Source: the human T2T-CHM13v2.0 reference genome, Homo sapiens
Length of the DNA stretch: 64,000 nucleotides
Assembly (NCBI RefSeq): GCF_009914755.1
Contig: NC_060927.1
Direction: 5' to 3' (one strand)
In this document: positions 50,510-64,000 of the stretch, piece by piece
How the letters are laid out: every line of letters begins with the position of its first letter
How positions within the stretch are numbered: the stretch's first letter is position 1
The notes under the pieces: model-generated
Database searches by the model: none
What the model saw: the letters and a program-made list of their open reading frames with translations, nothing else
Told to the model about the DNA's origin: nothing
Program-made: the position numbers and the translations under genes

Positions 50510-51412
50510 GAGTAGCCTTTGTTGTTCCCAGATTAGGAAACGAACTCAAGCCCTGATGGGAATTTTAACTACCAGAACTATTTTAGGTCAGACTTTTTTG
50601 CACCTATTTTAGTCAAGAGAACTTTTTTAGGCTAGCCTTTGTCCTGTAAAACAGTTTATCTTTTTCATTAATTGCTTAATATAAGAGATCACTAAAATCT
50701 TTAACAGCACAGAGAGAGAGGCTGGGAAGGCAGTCTTACGTAAATAAAACCTCTCAGGTAGTCAAATTTTGATTTTTCTTAACCAGCCAGGGATTTTAGA
50801 GGTAAAATTTGTCTTTCGGCAGCTGCAGGGATTTCAGTTGACATAAGAGGGGACCAGAAGTTGGTCAAATCTAACAAAAGATGGACTGAAACAAACAAAC
50901 AAAAACAGAAAAAAAGTGATCTCTGCCTGCAGCCTAGCCATCCTCCCACCCATTCCTCACAATGCATTTTCCACCTTTAAACTCTTCAATGACTTCTCAT
51001 CACTCTCAGGATGAAAGATGATGCCCAAACTTAACAAGACCAGACGACCCCACCTACCTCTTCACCTCATCTCTTAAAATTTACATATAGCCTAGATCTC
51101 TGATTATAAGGAGAAGTGATAGCCAGCTGACAATTAACTTTGACCTACAGCTACCAAATACCAAAATGAATCCCCAAATCAGCCTCTTACCTGGAGATGG
51201 GGTCTAAGCTAAAGGCTACTCTCCACCATCACGGAAGTGGGAAACTCATCTTCCTTGCTGAAAGTAAACTAAACTCCCATAAAGGAGTTCTGCAGCAGAA
51301 TTAACCTCATCTCAACTGAAAATTTGGGCGAGGTCAGGGACCTCTGAAGGGAGAAGCTCCCAGACCTCAGCAAATCATCCCAATAGTCATAGAAATAAAA
51401 ATAGCCCCAGCT

Positions 51413-51745
51413 GGCCAGGCACAGTGGCTCACACCTGTAATCCCAGCACTTTGGGAGGCCAAGGCGGACAGATCACGAGGTCAGGAGTACAAGACCAGCC
51501 TGGCCAAGAGACCAGCCTAGTCAATATGGTGAAACCCCATCTCTACTAAAAATACAAAAATTAGCCCAGTGTGGTGGCGGGCACGTGTAATCCCAGCTAC
51601 TCAGGAGGCTGAGGCAGGAGAATTGCTTGAATCCAGGAGGCAGAGGTTGCAATGAACTGAAGATCATGCCATTGCACTCCAGCCTGGACAACTGAGTGAG
51701 ATGCCAACTCAAAAAAAACAAAAAAAAAAAAAAAAAAAAAACAGA
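51413..51745 (+). mobile_element. AluS-like element with duplicated GACCAGCCT segment
   Basis: Full dimer containing AAGACCAGCCTGGCCAAGAGACCAGCCTAG. Confidence 0.9.
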
Positions 51746-51837
51746 AAAAACCCCCAGCCAGTACCAGGCATTGATAGGAGAGTTGCTGCTGGCCAAGGGC
51801 CAAATCTACCCGGAGAATCCCTCTGTAGCTACCAAAA

Positions 51838-52352
51838 TGGAAGCCAAAAAGTGACTGAGGGAGGTCTCAAACGATTCAAGGTTGATTTGGCCAAGGTTGA
51901 GGATGTGCCCAGGAAGAAACACAAATCCCAGGAGCATCTTTGACCTATGATTTTTCCAAGGGAGATTTTGTGAACTTTAGTATTTAAAGGGGAAAGAGCA
52001 AGCAAAAAGGGGAAAAAAGGAGATGGGAGGAAGGGTAGGCAGTGAGGCAGATGGTTACAGTCTTGTGAGGGTCTGATTAGCTTCACTGAATCTACATTTT
52101 ACATGTGAAAAGAGGGAGTGTGGAAGAGTCCATTGTGTATTGTCTCGTGCTCAGTAAATCTACATTTTACATAAGATAAAGTAAGCATGTGAAAAGAGGG
52201 AGTAGAGCAAATGAGGCTGTGACACGGGTTGTGAAATTACAGTTATCTATTTGGGTACAAAAGGAAAAAAGTATTGGTGTCTTGATTCCCAAGTTTAACT
52301 TTCCCTTTGGCATAGTGAGTTTGAGGTCCCGATAGTCTACTTTTCTTTTACA
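51838..52352 (-). repeat. 5' LTR of MER4-group provirus
   Basis: Starts TGTAAAAGAAAAG on the minus strand, ends ..TCCA, and is followed by TTT-TGGTAGCTACAGAGGGAT (PBS-like). Confidence 0.85.
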
Positions 52353-53859
52353 ATAACAACACAATTTATGATTTTGCTGAAAGGAAGCCAAGAAGAACAA
52401 ATTATATGGAAAAATATATGATAATTTATTAATCAGGTCATTATTTTATTAGCCATCCAAATATCACCAGCTCAGCTGAATGCCCAGGCATGATCAAAGA
52501 TAATTCAATTTAGATACATTTGATATTCTGTCAACTTTTAGTCACATAAAAACCATAGTTTCATACATGTTTTTCATTCTTGTGGTTATGAAGACACTTT
52601 CATCAATCTGGGAAAATACAAATTACTTGATGTACTGAATAACTATCTCTACCATGTACCACTTTGCTAACTTTTCTTAGTCCTCTGGTCCAGATATATT
52701 CAATGTTCCCTAATTTGTAAGGGCAGCCAATTGCAAACTGCTGATCCCACGAATTCCAACTCTACATGCTCTTACCCTTGCCTTCTTTGCAAAACACTCT
52801 GGATTTTCTTTGTCCTGGTTTCTCTTTTAGATATTGCTGGCATTTCCTATATTCCATCTCTTATGATTCTTGTTTACATAGCCACTAGGCAGCTAAAACA
52901 ACAAGAGAGCCAGCAATATGTTCTATTTCTCTGTCTCTTTTCTGTCCCTCCCTCCCTCCCTCCTTTCTTCCTTCCTTCCTTCCCTCCTTCCCTCTCTCCC
53001 TCACTCCCCCTCCTTTTGTTTCTTCCTGTTTGCTGTCAACCAGCTATCCATCACCTCCATCACCCTACTGTCCCCTTGTCATTCATCTTCCTGCAGCCAG
53101 CTGCCCAGCCTCATCCTCACTGCTACACCCCTGGGAAAACACAAATTACTTCATTACTGGATGACCATCTCTACCATGTATCACTTTGCCAACTTTTGTT
53201 AGTCCTCTCGTCCAGACATATTTAATGCTCCCGGATTTATAAGGGCAGCCAGTTACAAACTGCTAATCCCACTAATCCCAACCCCACATGCCCACAACCT
53301 CTGCTCACCATGGTACCTACCTGAGCAGCCCACACTCTACCCTCCCTCCATCCCTTGACCACTTCCCTCCTCTTTCCTAACTTGCCACTACATCAAAGCA
53401 TTTGTGCATAGTAGGTGGATACAGAAAAGTCCTTTCAAACAAATCTAAAACCCATTTCTCCTATCCTGCATTGAACATAATTGCATCTCTTCAATTAAAA
53501 TTTTCATCTGCCCTCAAACAGTTTTACAAAGTGGGTTTGTTTTTGTTGCTTATTTTGGATGTGTTTTCTTGCCAATCTGTATCTCCTACCCAACTCTTGA
53601 AAATAACCTTGTTTCCCTTTCCTCTCCAGTAATCACCTCACCTCCCTCCCAGTAAACCCCCAATCATAGACATCCTCAACTTTTTCAAGGATAAAAAATC
53701 AAGGGCAGCTCAAAGATTAATCCTTTATCTTCAACAGACACCAGGCCTCCCCTCTATCCCAACTTGCTTTGCAGAAATTGCTTCCAAATTTTTGACTAGT
53801 TCAAAAATTAATTTTGACAACTAAATTATTGACTATTTTGAGTAGTAAGAATATTTTAG

Positions 53860-54038
53860 AGCTTGGCACAGTGGTGCATCCCTATAATCCTCACTACTCA
53901 GGAAGGTGAAGCAGGCAGAGGATGGCTTGAGCCCAGTCTCTGGGAGCTACAATCTGCAGGGAGCTACAATCACACCATGCACTCCAGCCTGGCAGACAAA
54001 GTGAGACCCTGTCTCTCTATTAAAAAGAAAAAAAAAAA
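53860..54038 (+). mobile_element. Alu monomer (FAM/FRAM-like)
   Basis: Single diverged monomer plus poly-A. Confidence 0.75.
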
Positions 54039-55039
54039 AGATACTTTAAAGTAATATTTACTATCGTCATCCATTCAAAAAGAAAAGGCATCTTGACACA
54101 GGGAAGGTCTCTTAAAATCTCTCAGCAGTTCTTAAAATAAAGTCAGTGTGGCTTTATGAACAACATGACACCTTATCAGCACTTTGGAAGTAGTTCTGGT
54201 TGAACCACCTTGACACCAAAACAATTCATTCATTCATTCACAAACGTTTGTCAACAATCTAGTACATGCTAAGTGGTGGGAAGTTGAGTCCCTGAGCTCA
54301 TAATTCATTCAACCAATGTTTTCGAGCATCTACTGTTACATTCTGGAGAAATCAGGACGCAAAGCAATTTTCATTCTCAAAGAATTCATGGTCTCATAAG
54401 GGAAAAACCAAAACAAAATTTGAATGACAGAGTCTATGTACTAGGTCTACCTAGTACCTATGTATATCTAGTACGTAGAGTCTCATATGTATACCTAGTA
54501 CAGAGTCTCTCACAGGTATACCTAGTACATATGTATACCTAGTACACAGAGTCTTTCATTGGGTCTTTGAGCCCCTATAATTTAGTGTGTGTGTGCAAAT
54601 TTGGCATTCGTGTGATTGAGTTATGTCTAGCTACTCTATGAGACTGTAAGATCCTGGCGGACTGGGACCAGGTCTGTCTTTGCTCACCAGTGCCTCGCCA
54701 GTGCTGAATGGGTATTGCTGACTGAGCCAACTAATGTTAGTGTGATGAGCCTGACGTTAACTTTCCAACCAAGTTCAAACTCTTTATTTGGGGACCTTAA
54801 TAGCTTCCACAAACTACTTCCTCAGCAATATCCCACTACTCCCTCCTCATTCTGTGACGTAGCCCATTTCTGTGGCTCTCCTGTTCCTAATGGGCCTTAG
54901 GCTATGTTTCACTCATGCTGCTTTCCTCTCTTGGGACACCTCCCATGTCCAATCCTTCCGCCCCTCCCTTCATCACTGATTGACTTCTTCCCCATCCTCT
55001 TTAAAGTCTCAACTTGTCCCATTTTCCTTGTGAGGTATG

Positions 55040-55440
55040 CCCCACAGCTCAGGGGGTACCCAAGGAAGCAGTCTCTGGGAGGAAAATTGGAGCACAGGAA
55101 GATCAAGAGCTGCTGCTAGGATTCCCACCTGTGGAATGGAAGGAAAGGAAGCAGGCTGGGCAAAGGAGGAGTTGGGCTGCAATGAAATCTCAACGAAGAC
55201 CTCAGCCAACCTGCAGGTAGCTCTGAAGCCAAGGCAGCTTTTTAGGGTGGCTCCATGTTGTAGCTGCGGACAGGGTCTTTAGATTTCTGCATCAACCAGT
55301 CTGTTGTAGCTGCGGACAGGGTCTTTAGATTTCTGCATCAACCAGTCAGTGGATGTAGACTGCCCCCTGGAAAGAGGTCTTGGGTAGGAAGGCTGATAGC
55401 ACTCTCAGCAATTAGATGAATACATCTTTCAGTCCTTCTA
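55040..55440. mobile_element. LTR16-like (ERVL) LTR fragment
   Basis: AAGGAAGCAGGCTGGGCAAAGGAGGAGTTGGGCTGCAATG..CCTCAGCCAACC..AGCTCTGAAGC resembles recalled LTR16 consensus. Confidence 0.55.
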
Positions 55441-55536
55441 GGACATCTGGGCAATGCACACAACAACTGCTGTACAAATATTCCCACATTTTTGCACCCA
55501 TCCAAATCACCCAGAGGCTTTTTAAAACACTGACTG

Positions 55537-55822
55537 GGCCAGGCATGGTGGCTCACGCCTGTAATCCTAACACTTTGGGAGGCCGAGGCAGGCAGATTGC
55601 TTCAGCCCAGGAGTTCAAGAACAGCCTAGGCAACATGGCAAAACCCCACCTCTACAAAAAATGCAAAAATTAGCCGGGTGTGGTTACACATACCTGTGGT
55701 CCCAGCCACTCGGGAGGCTGAGACCAGGAGGATCACTTGAAGCCAGAAGGTCGAGGTTGTAGTGAGCCATGATCGCACCACTGCACTCCAGCCTGGGCAA
55801 CAGAGTGAGACCTTGTCTCAAA
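55537..55822 (+). mobile_element. Alu with (CA)n tail inserted into a MER5A
   Basis: Alu dimer; MER5A halves at about 55490-55533 and 55885-56008 (..GGGACCACACTTTGAGAACCACT). Confidence 0.85.
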
Positions 55823-56019
55823 ACACACACACACAGGCACCAATTTGCACACACACACACACACACAAACACACACACGCACTGCTTGGCCCCAACTCCG
55901 GAGTTGTTAATGTAGTAGATCTGGAGTAGAGCCTGAGTATCTGCATTTGAAACAAGTTTCCAGATGATGCTGATGCTGCTGAATCCGGGACCACACTTTG
56001 AGAACCACTTACCACACAC

Positions 56020-56570
56020 TGTACCCACACAAAGCCTCAACCCACATAACTTCTGACCATTCACATTGTGCTTACCACTTGCTGCTTGGTGCCATGTTAT
56101 TTGTGTCGTCTTTTCCTGAGCTGCATCCTTTTGTGAATGCAGAGCTCTACAGACTGTGTAATAGTTTATGGTCTTCATGAAAGTAAATGGAAAGCCACTG
56201 CTGGAATCTGAGCTGCATGGGATAGGGTCACATGTATATTTCAAAAAGATCACTTTCACTACAGTGAAGAGAAGTGACTTGCGATGGGGGTGCAAAGGGA
56301 TGTTGCCAGAGAGGACTCAGGTGGAGTTAGGAGTTTGATTCTAGTAGTCCAGGGGAGAGTTAATAAATAGGAGGAGCTTGCACTAATGAAGATGGAGAAA
56401 AACAGAGAGATTCAAGGGATATTTAAGAGGCAACAGTGACAGGACCTGGAGATGGATCAGTTGTCGGGGAAGAGAGATCGTGTGAGAGCAAGAATGACTC
56501 TGCAGTTTCTGCTCATGCAGCTGAATGTGTGTTGAAGCGCCATTTCCTGAACACTGGAAGAGAAACAGCT
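56020..56570 (-). mobile_element. L2 LINE fragment
   Basis: ATGGAAAGCCACTG, AAAAGATCACT, TAGTCCAGG and GAGAGATTCAAGG motifs. Confidence 0.6.
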
Positions 56571-57992
56571 TGTAGAATATGAGGGCCTCATCTACAGGGC
56601 TTTTACAACTTTTTTGTTTTTTTATTCCTGAAAGTATCAAGTTGCAAATGTTTTAAAAAGATTAACTTGCTAATTGCTTCATTTTTTTTTCTTTTTTCTT
56701 CTTCTACACAAACATTGACTTTTCCACACAATATCCTTTGTGTTAGGAGATATACGTGCTGTAGCTTTTGCCATCAGGGAGTGCATCTTTGAAGATTTGA
56801 TTGTCAAAAACTAATTTAAAGTCTCCTAAGAGAACATTTTCTCCTGAACTGTCTGTATCCCCCAAAAAGTAACAAAAAACATCACATGAGCTGGCATTAT
56901 TGCCAGAAAGTACATCAGCATCTTGCCAGATTTGTTCTCCTCAGTCACAAGTTCTGGCCATTATGATGACAACATTAAAAAAAAAGAAAAAGAAAAATAG
57001 GAGAGTTGGCATAAAGAAGAATATGATCAAACAGTGTAGACATCATGATACAATTCACATACCTCCTACCATGCCGGAGTGGCTCTTAGAAAATAATGAC
57101 CCTGGTAAACTAAGGGCATTTTGGTTTTTTTAAAAGGAATTTTCAGGCTTTAACTTGTAAGATTTAGGACTCTTTCTTTAGTTCTGCTGTGAATGAATAC
57201 ATAGCTTTTCTTTATTTTTTTTTAATCTGCCAAATGGACAAAGGGTTTTTTGTTTCCAGAATACAATAGTGTTATATCCAATAGACATCTTTTTTTAAAA
57301 AAATTCCAGAATTTTAAGAGACTTACAAGGCTACATGCAAGAGAGATTTTTTGACACTTGTCATTTGAAATAGTTTAAGGTGTGACAAGCATTTATAAGT
57401 CATTTGCTATTGAACAAAGATCAAATGGATTCACTCCCCATTTAAAAAAATTTGTATTTCTTATTTACATTTAAAAACCCCTATTTCTTTACCAAGACAC
57501 CTATAAGTGGCTTGTGGCTTTTGTAGCTATTAGACTTCTTGCCTTGCTCACCTAGACACTGTCACAAAATATCAAACGCTATTTATGTGTGTGTGTGTTT
57601 TTTAACTAAGAAGTCATTCATTTGAAAATACTCCAATTCCAGTTGCAGCTTATTTGTTTATAAATAGTGCCACTCTAAGGACATACAAGGCAATAAGTAA
57701 TAATTTATACTTTAGCACGAATCCAATTTGATTATAAGGATCTTACAGAGATTATGGGACATGAAAGTTCTAAAGCTCCAAGTTTATATTGAAAAACCCA
57801 CAGGTTCCAACAAAGAAAGCACATGCCAGATGTAATCTAGCAGGCTAACTTTAGGTCTTCAATTCCAACAAATGTCAAAACTCAGGTCATTTAGCCAACA
57901 TTTATTAAGCACTTACTACATACCAGCTATTTTGAGGTGCTTCAACATCATGGTAAAGCTTTCTGTTATCATCGTTGTTGTTTTTAAAAGTT

Positions 57993-58313
<321 letters not shown>

Positions 58314-60313
58314 TCACTCCTCAGTTTTATATGGCTGGTTTCACATTTGACCTTCCTTTACTCCTGGACTTCAGTTACAGAATTCCACAGTGGAAGGTCC
58401 TCAAAGAATGTGCAGTGAGGGTTCTACAACAGGTTTATGTCAAGGGAGCATTTTTTCAGTCTTGTTTTCTCACCAACTGGCTTACTATTACTCGAGAAAT
58501 AGAGCCTAACACAGAAGCAGCACCCTACCAATATCTGCAGTCACAGAACCATCAAGGTAGACTCACTAGTGACCCTCAGGAGCAGCTGTCCTAAAGTCTC
58601 CAGGCAGAATTTTCCTGGCAACCTCTTTCCTCTTTCTCCTACAGGAGAGCTCAACATTATTCAAGTCCTCATTTTACAGATAATGTAACTAAAGCTCCCA
58701 AGGGATAAAAAAGCCCCACGGCTCAGGGGATGTGAATGGGGACTTTAAAAGTATATAATCTCCAGTCTCAGTTTAGTCCTATGAACCCAGTCTTTTAGAG
58801 GGAGAGCTCAAATAGGTACATTTTGAACAATTTCCCCTGCTTCTAACACAAGCCAGGCCTAGGCCAAGGACCAGCTCTGAGGACTATAACATGGAGATGG
58901 GAGATGGGAGAGAGGAGGCTGATGAGACTGGATAATACATAAGGTCCTTGGACTACAGAACACGATTTTTTAACTTTCACGAGTAAGTGAGGTCAGAAGC
59001 ATTCTCAAACAAGCCGTATGTAGGAAAGGTCAAAATTATTAACTCAGTGAGGAGCTCCAGATCACCAAACCACAGGGATAAAAAGAGCATGGCAATTACA
59101 GACAGTTAAGAGGTCACTGTAGATTGTGGGCAGAGAGGGGAGTGCAAACAATTTATTCCTGAAGACTGATTTCATTAACAGTGAGTCACTTTTGCAGACT
59201 GGAGTCATTTGCATCTACAGTTGGACCAATTAGCATACCCCAGGGTTGTATTTCAGCCACAGAAAGCAGAGAATGCTCTAGAACTCAGGCCAGATGAAGA
59301 CCTCAGTTTGATTTCATTCCTCTCCCCTGACAACTATGCCTGCACCCTACAGAAGAATTTCTCCTATGCTGAGCTACCTTGGCTGTTCTCAAATTAGTTT
59401 TAGAATAAAGAAGAATTGAAATGCTGCAAATTCACTGTGCATGGATGTAAATTGGTAAACTAGTACGACCTTTTTGGAGGGCTGTCAATATCCAACACAA
59501 TTTGAAATAACCATATGTTTTGATGCAGCAGCTAGACTCCCAGGAATTTATCTCACAGAAATATCTGCACAAATTGGCAAAGATATAAATAGGTACAAAT
59601 AGGTTTATTGGAAAAAATTTTAACAATGAAAACTGGGAATAACTCACATATTCATCAGTAGGGAAATGCTTAAATAAATTAATTCAGCTATTTTAAAAAG
59701 ACCTAGACCTTTATAGAACTTTCACAAGATATACAAAATAAATTAAATGAATAGCCTTTATAGTATGACTCAATTTTGTTTTATAAAAACCATATATAAG
59801 TTGTGATTGACAGGCCAAGATGACTGACTAGAAGCAGCAGCATTCTGAGGCTCCCATAGAAGAAAACTATAATAAGCATGAGAATCCTTCACCGGCAACC
59901 AAGGTATCCAGGTTCTCTCATCAAAATTGACTAGAAGGCTGTCGTGACCCACGGAGAGAAGGAAGAGCAGTGTGGTGTGGCGGCCACCCTGAGAGCCACA
60001 CGGGGAAGGGGAACCCCCATTGGCATCAGGTCAGTGCCCCTCGAGGGCAGAGCTCCCAGAAGGAGTAGGCAACCATCTTTGCTGCTCTCCAGCCTCCTTG
60101 AGTGACATCTCCAGGCACAGGAGCAAATCAGACGAATAAGGCCTGAAATGAACCCCCACCAAATTGCAGCATCCCTACAGAAGAGGGACCTGACTTTTGA
60201 AAGAAAAACAAGCAGAAAGTGACAACAACAGCATCAACAACAACAAGGCCCCCACAAAAGCCCCATCCAAGGGTCAGCAGCCTCAAAGACCAAAACTAGA
60301 CAAACTCACGAAG

Positions 60314-61335
60314 ATGAGAATCAATGAAAAATGCTGAAAATCCAAAAGGCCAGAGTGCTTGCCTCTTCTCCTCCAAATGATTGCAATGTCTCTCCATCAA
60401 GGGCGCAGAACTGAATGGAGGATCAGACGGATGAATTGACAGTAGGCTTCAAAAGATGGGTAATAAAAAATTACGATGAGCTAAAGGAACATGTTCTAAC
60501 CCAATGCAAAGAAGCTAAGAACCTTGATAAGAGGTTAGAGGAATTGATAACTAGAATAACCACTTTAGAGAGGAACATAAACAACTTGATGGAGCTGAAA
60601 AACACAGCACAAGTACTTCGTGAAGCATACACAAGTGTCAATAGCCAAATACAGCAAGCGGAAGAAAGGATATAAGAATTCGAAGACCACCTTACTGAAA
60701 TAAGACACACAGACAAGAATAGAGAAAAAAAGAGTGAAAAGGAATGAACAAAGCCTCCAAGAAATATGGGACCTCTTAAAAAGACCAAACCTATGATTGA
60801 TTGGAGTACCAGAAGGAGACAGGGAGAATGGAAACAAGTGGGAAAACACACTTCAGGGTATTATCCAGGAGAACGTCCCCAACCTAGCAAGACAGGCCAA
60901 CACGCAAATTCAAGAAATACAGAGAACACCATTAAGATACTCCATGAGAAGATCAACCCAAGACACATAATCGTCAGATTCTCCAAGGTCGAAATGAAGG
61001 AAAAAATGTTAAGGGCAGCCAGACAGAAAGGTCAGGTTACCCACAAAGGGAAGCCCATCAGACTAACAGCGGATCTCTTGGCAGAAACTCTACAAGCCAG
61101 AAGACAGTGGGGGCCAATATTCAACATTCTTAAAGAAAAGAATTTTCAACCCAGAATCTCATATCCAGCCAAACTAAGCTTCAAAAGCGAAGGAGAAATA
61201 AAGTCCTTTCCAGACAAGCAAATGCTGAGGGATTTCATTACCAACAGGCCTGCCCTGCAAGAGCTCCTGAAAGAAGCATTAAATATGGAAAAGAAAAACT
61301 GGTAGCAGCCACTGCAAAAACACACCAAACTATAA
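60314..61335 (+). pseudogene. L1 ORF1p remnant (frameshifted, premature stop)
   Basis: Split across ORFs 60415-60675 and 60766-61305; premature TAG at 61303. Confidence 0.88.
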
Positions 61336-61398
61336 AGACCAATGACACTACGAAGAAACTGCATCAACTAGTGCACAAAATAACCACATAGTATCATG

Positions 61399-64000
<2,602 letters not shown>

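Larger units (their letters stand above)
40069..52352 (-). mobile_element. Full MER4-group ERV1 provirus (paired LTRs, possibly MER83-like; non-coding internal region) with nested insertions
   Basis: Two homologous LTRs (40069-40595 and 51838-52352); perfect ATAA TSD (40065-40068 / 52353-52356); PPT at 40596-40604 and PBS-like TGG... at 51817-51834 on the minus strand. Confidence 0.85.

Noticed and set aside
55684-56295. 203-aa minus-strand ORF
   Set aside because: Runs through L2, MER5A, (CA)n and Alu sequence; a chance composite.

Overview
Primate (human-like) genomic DNA centred on the complete three-exon SETMAR (Metnase) gene on the + strand. Its CDS is 19120-19275 + 28647-29510 + 31961-32995 = 684 aa: a pre-SET/SET/post-SET histone methyltransferase spliced in frame to an intact Hsmar1 mariner transposase with a DD34N triad. 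The steps of the domestication are readable in the sequence: a 3' TIR with TA, a 5' TIR truncated by an Alu, and an acceptor, branch point and poly(A) signal all taken from the transposon. This system is already described, not new. The rest of the window is mostly repeats: Alus, MIR/L2, DNA transposon relics, several solo LTRs, a ~12.3-kb MER4-group ERV1 provirus (40069-52352, paired LTRs, ATAA TSD) with nested insertions including a full THE1 element, and a decayed L1PA running off the right end. The least explained observations are two tRNA-Glu-like cassettes and an L2-like fragment inside the provirus, strong CpG retention in the transposase exon, a tandem ZNF143-type motif pair in the promoter, and several local duplications. 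Repeat subfamily names are from memory of consensus sequences and need RepeatMasker/Dfam confirmation; many repeat boundaries are approximate.
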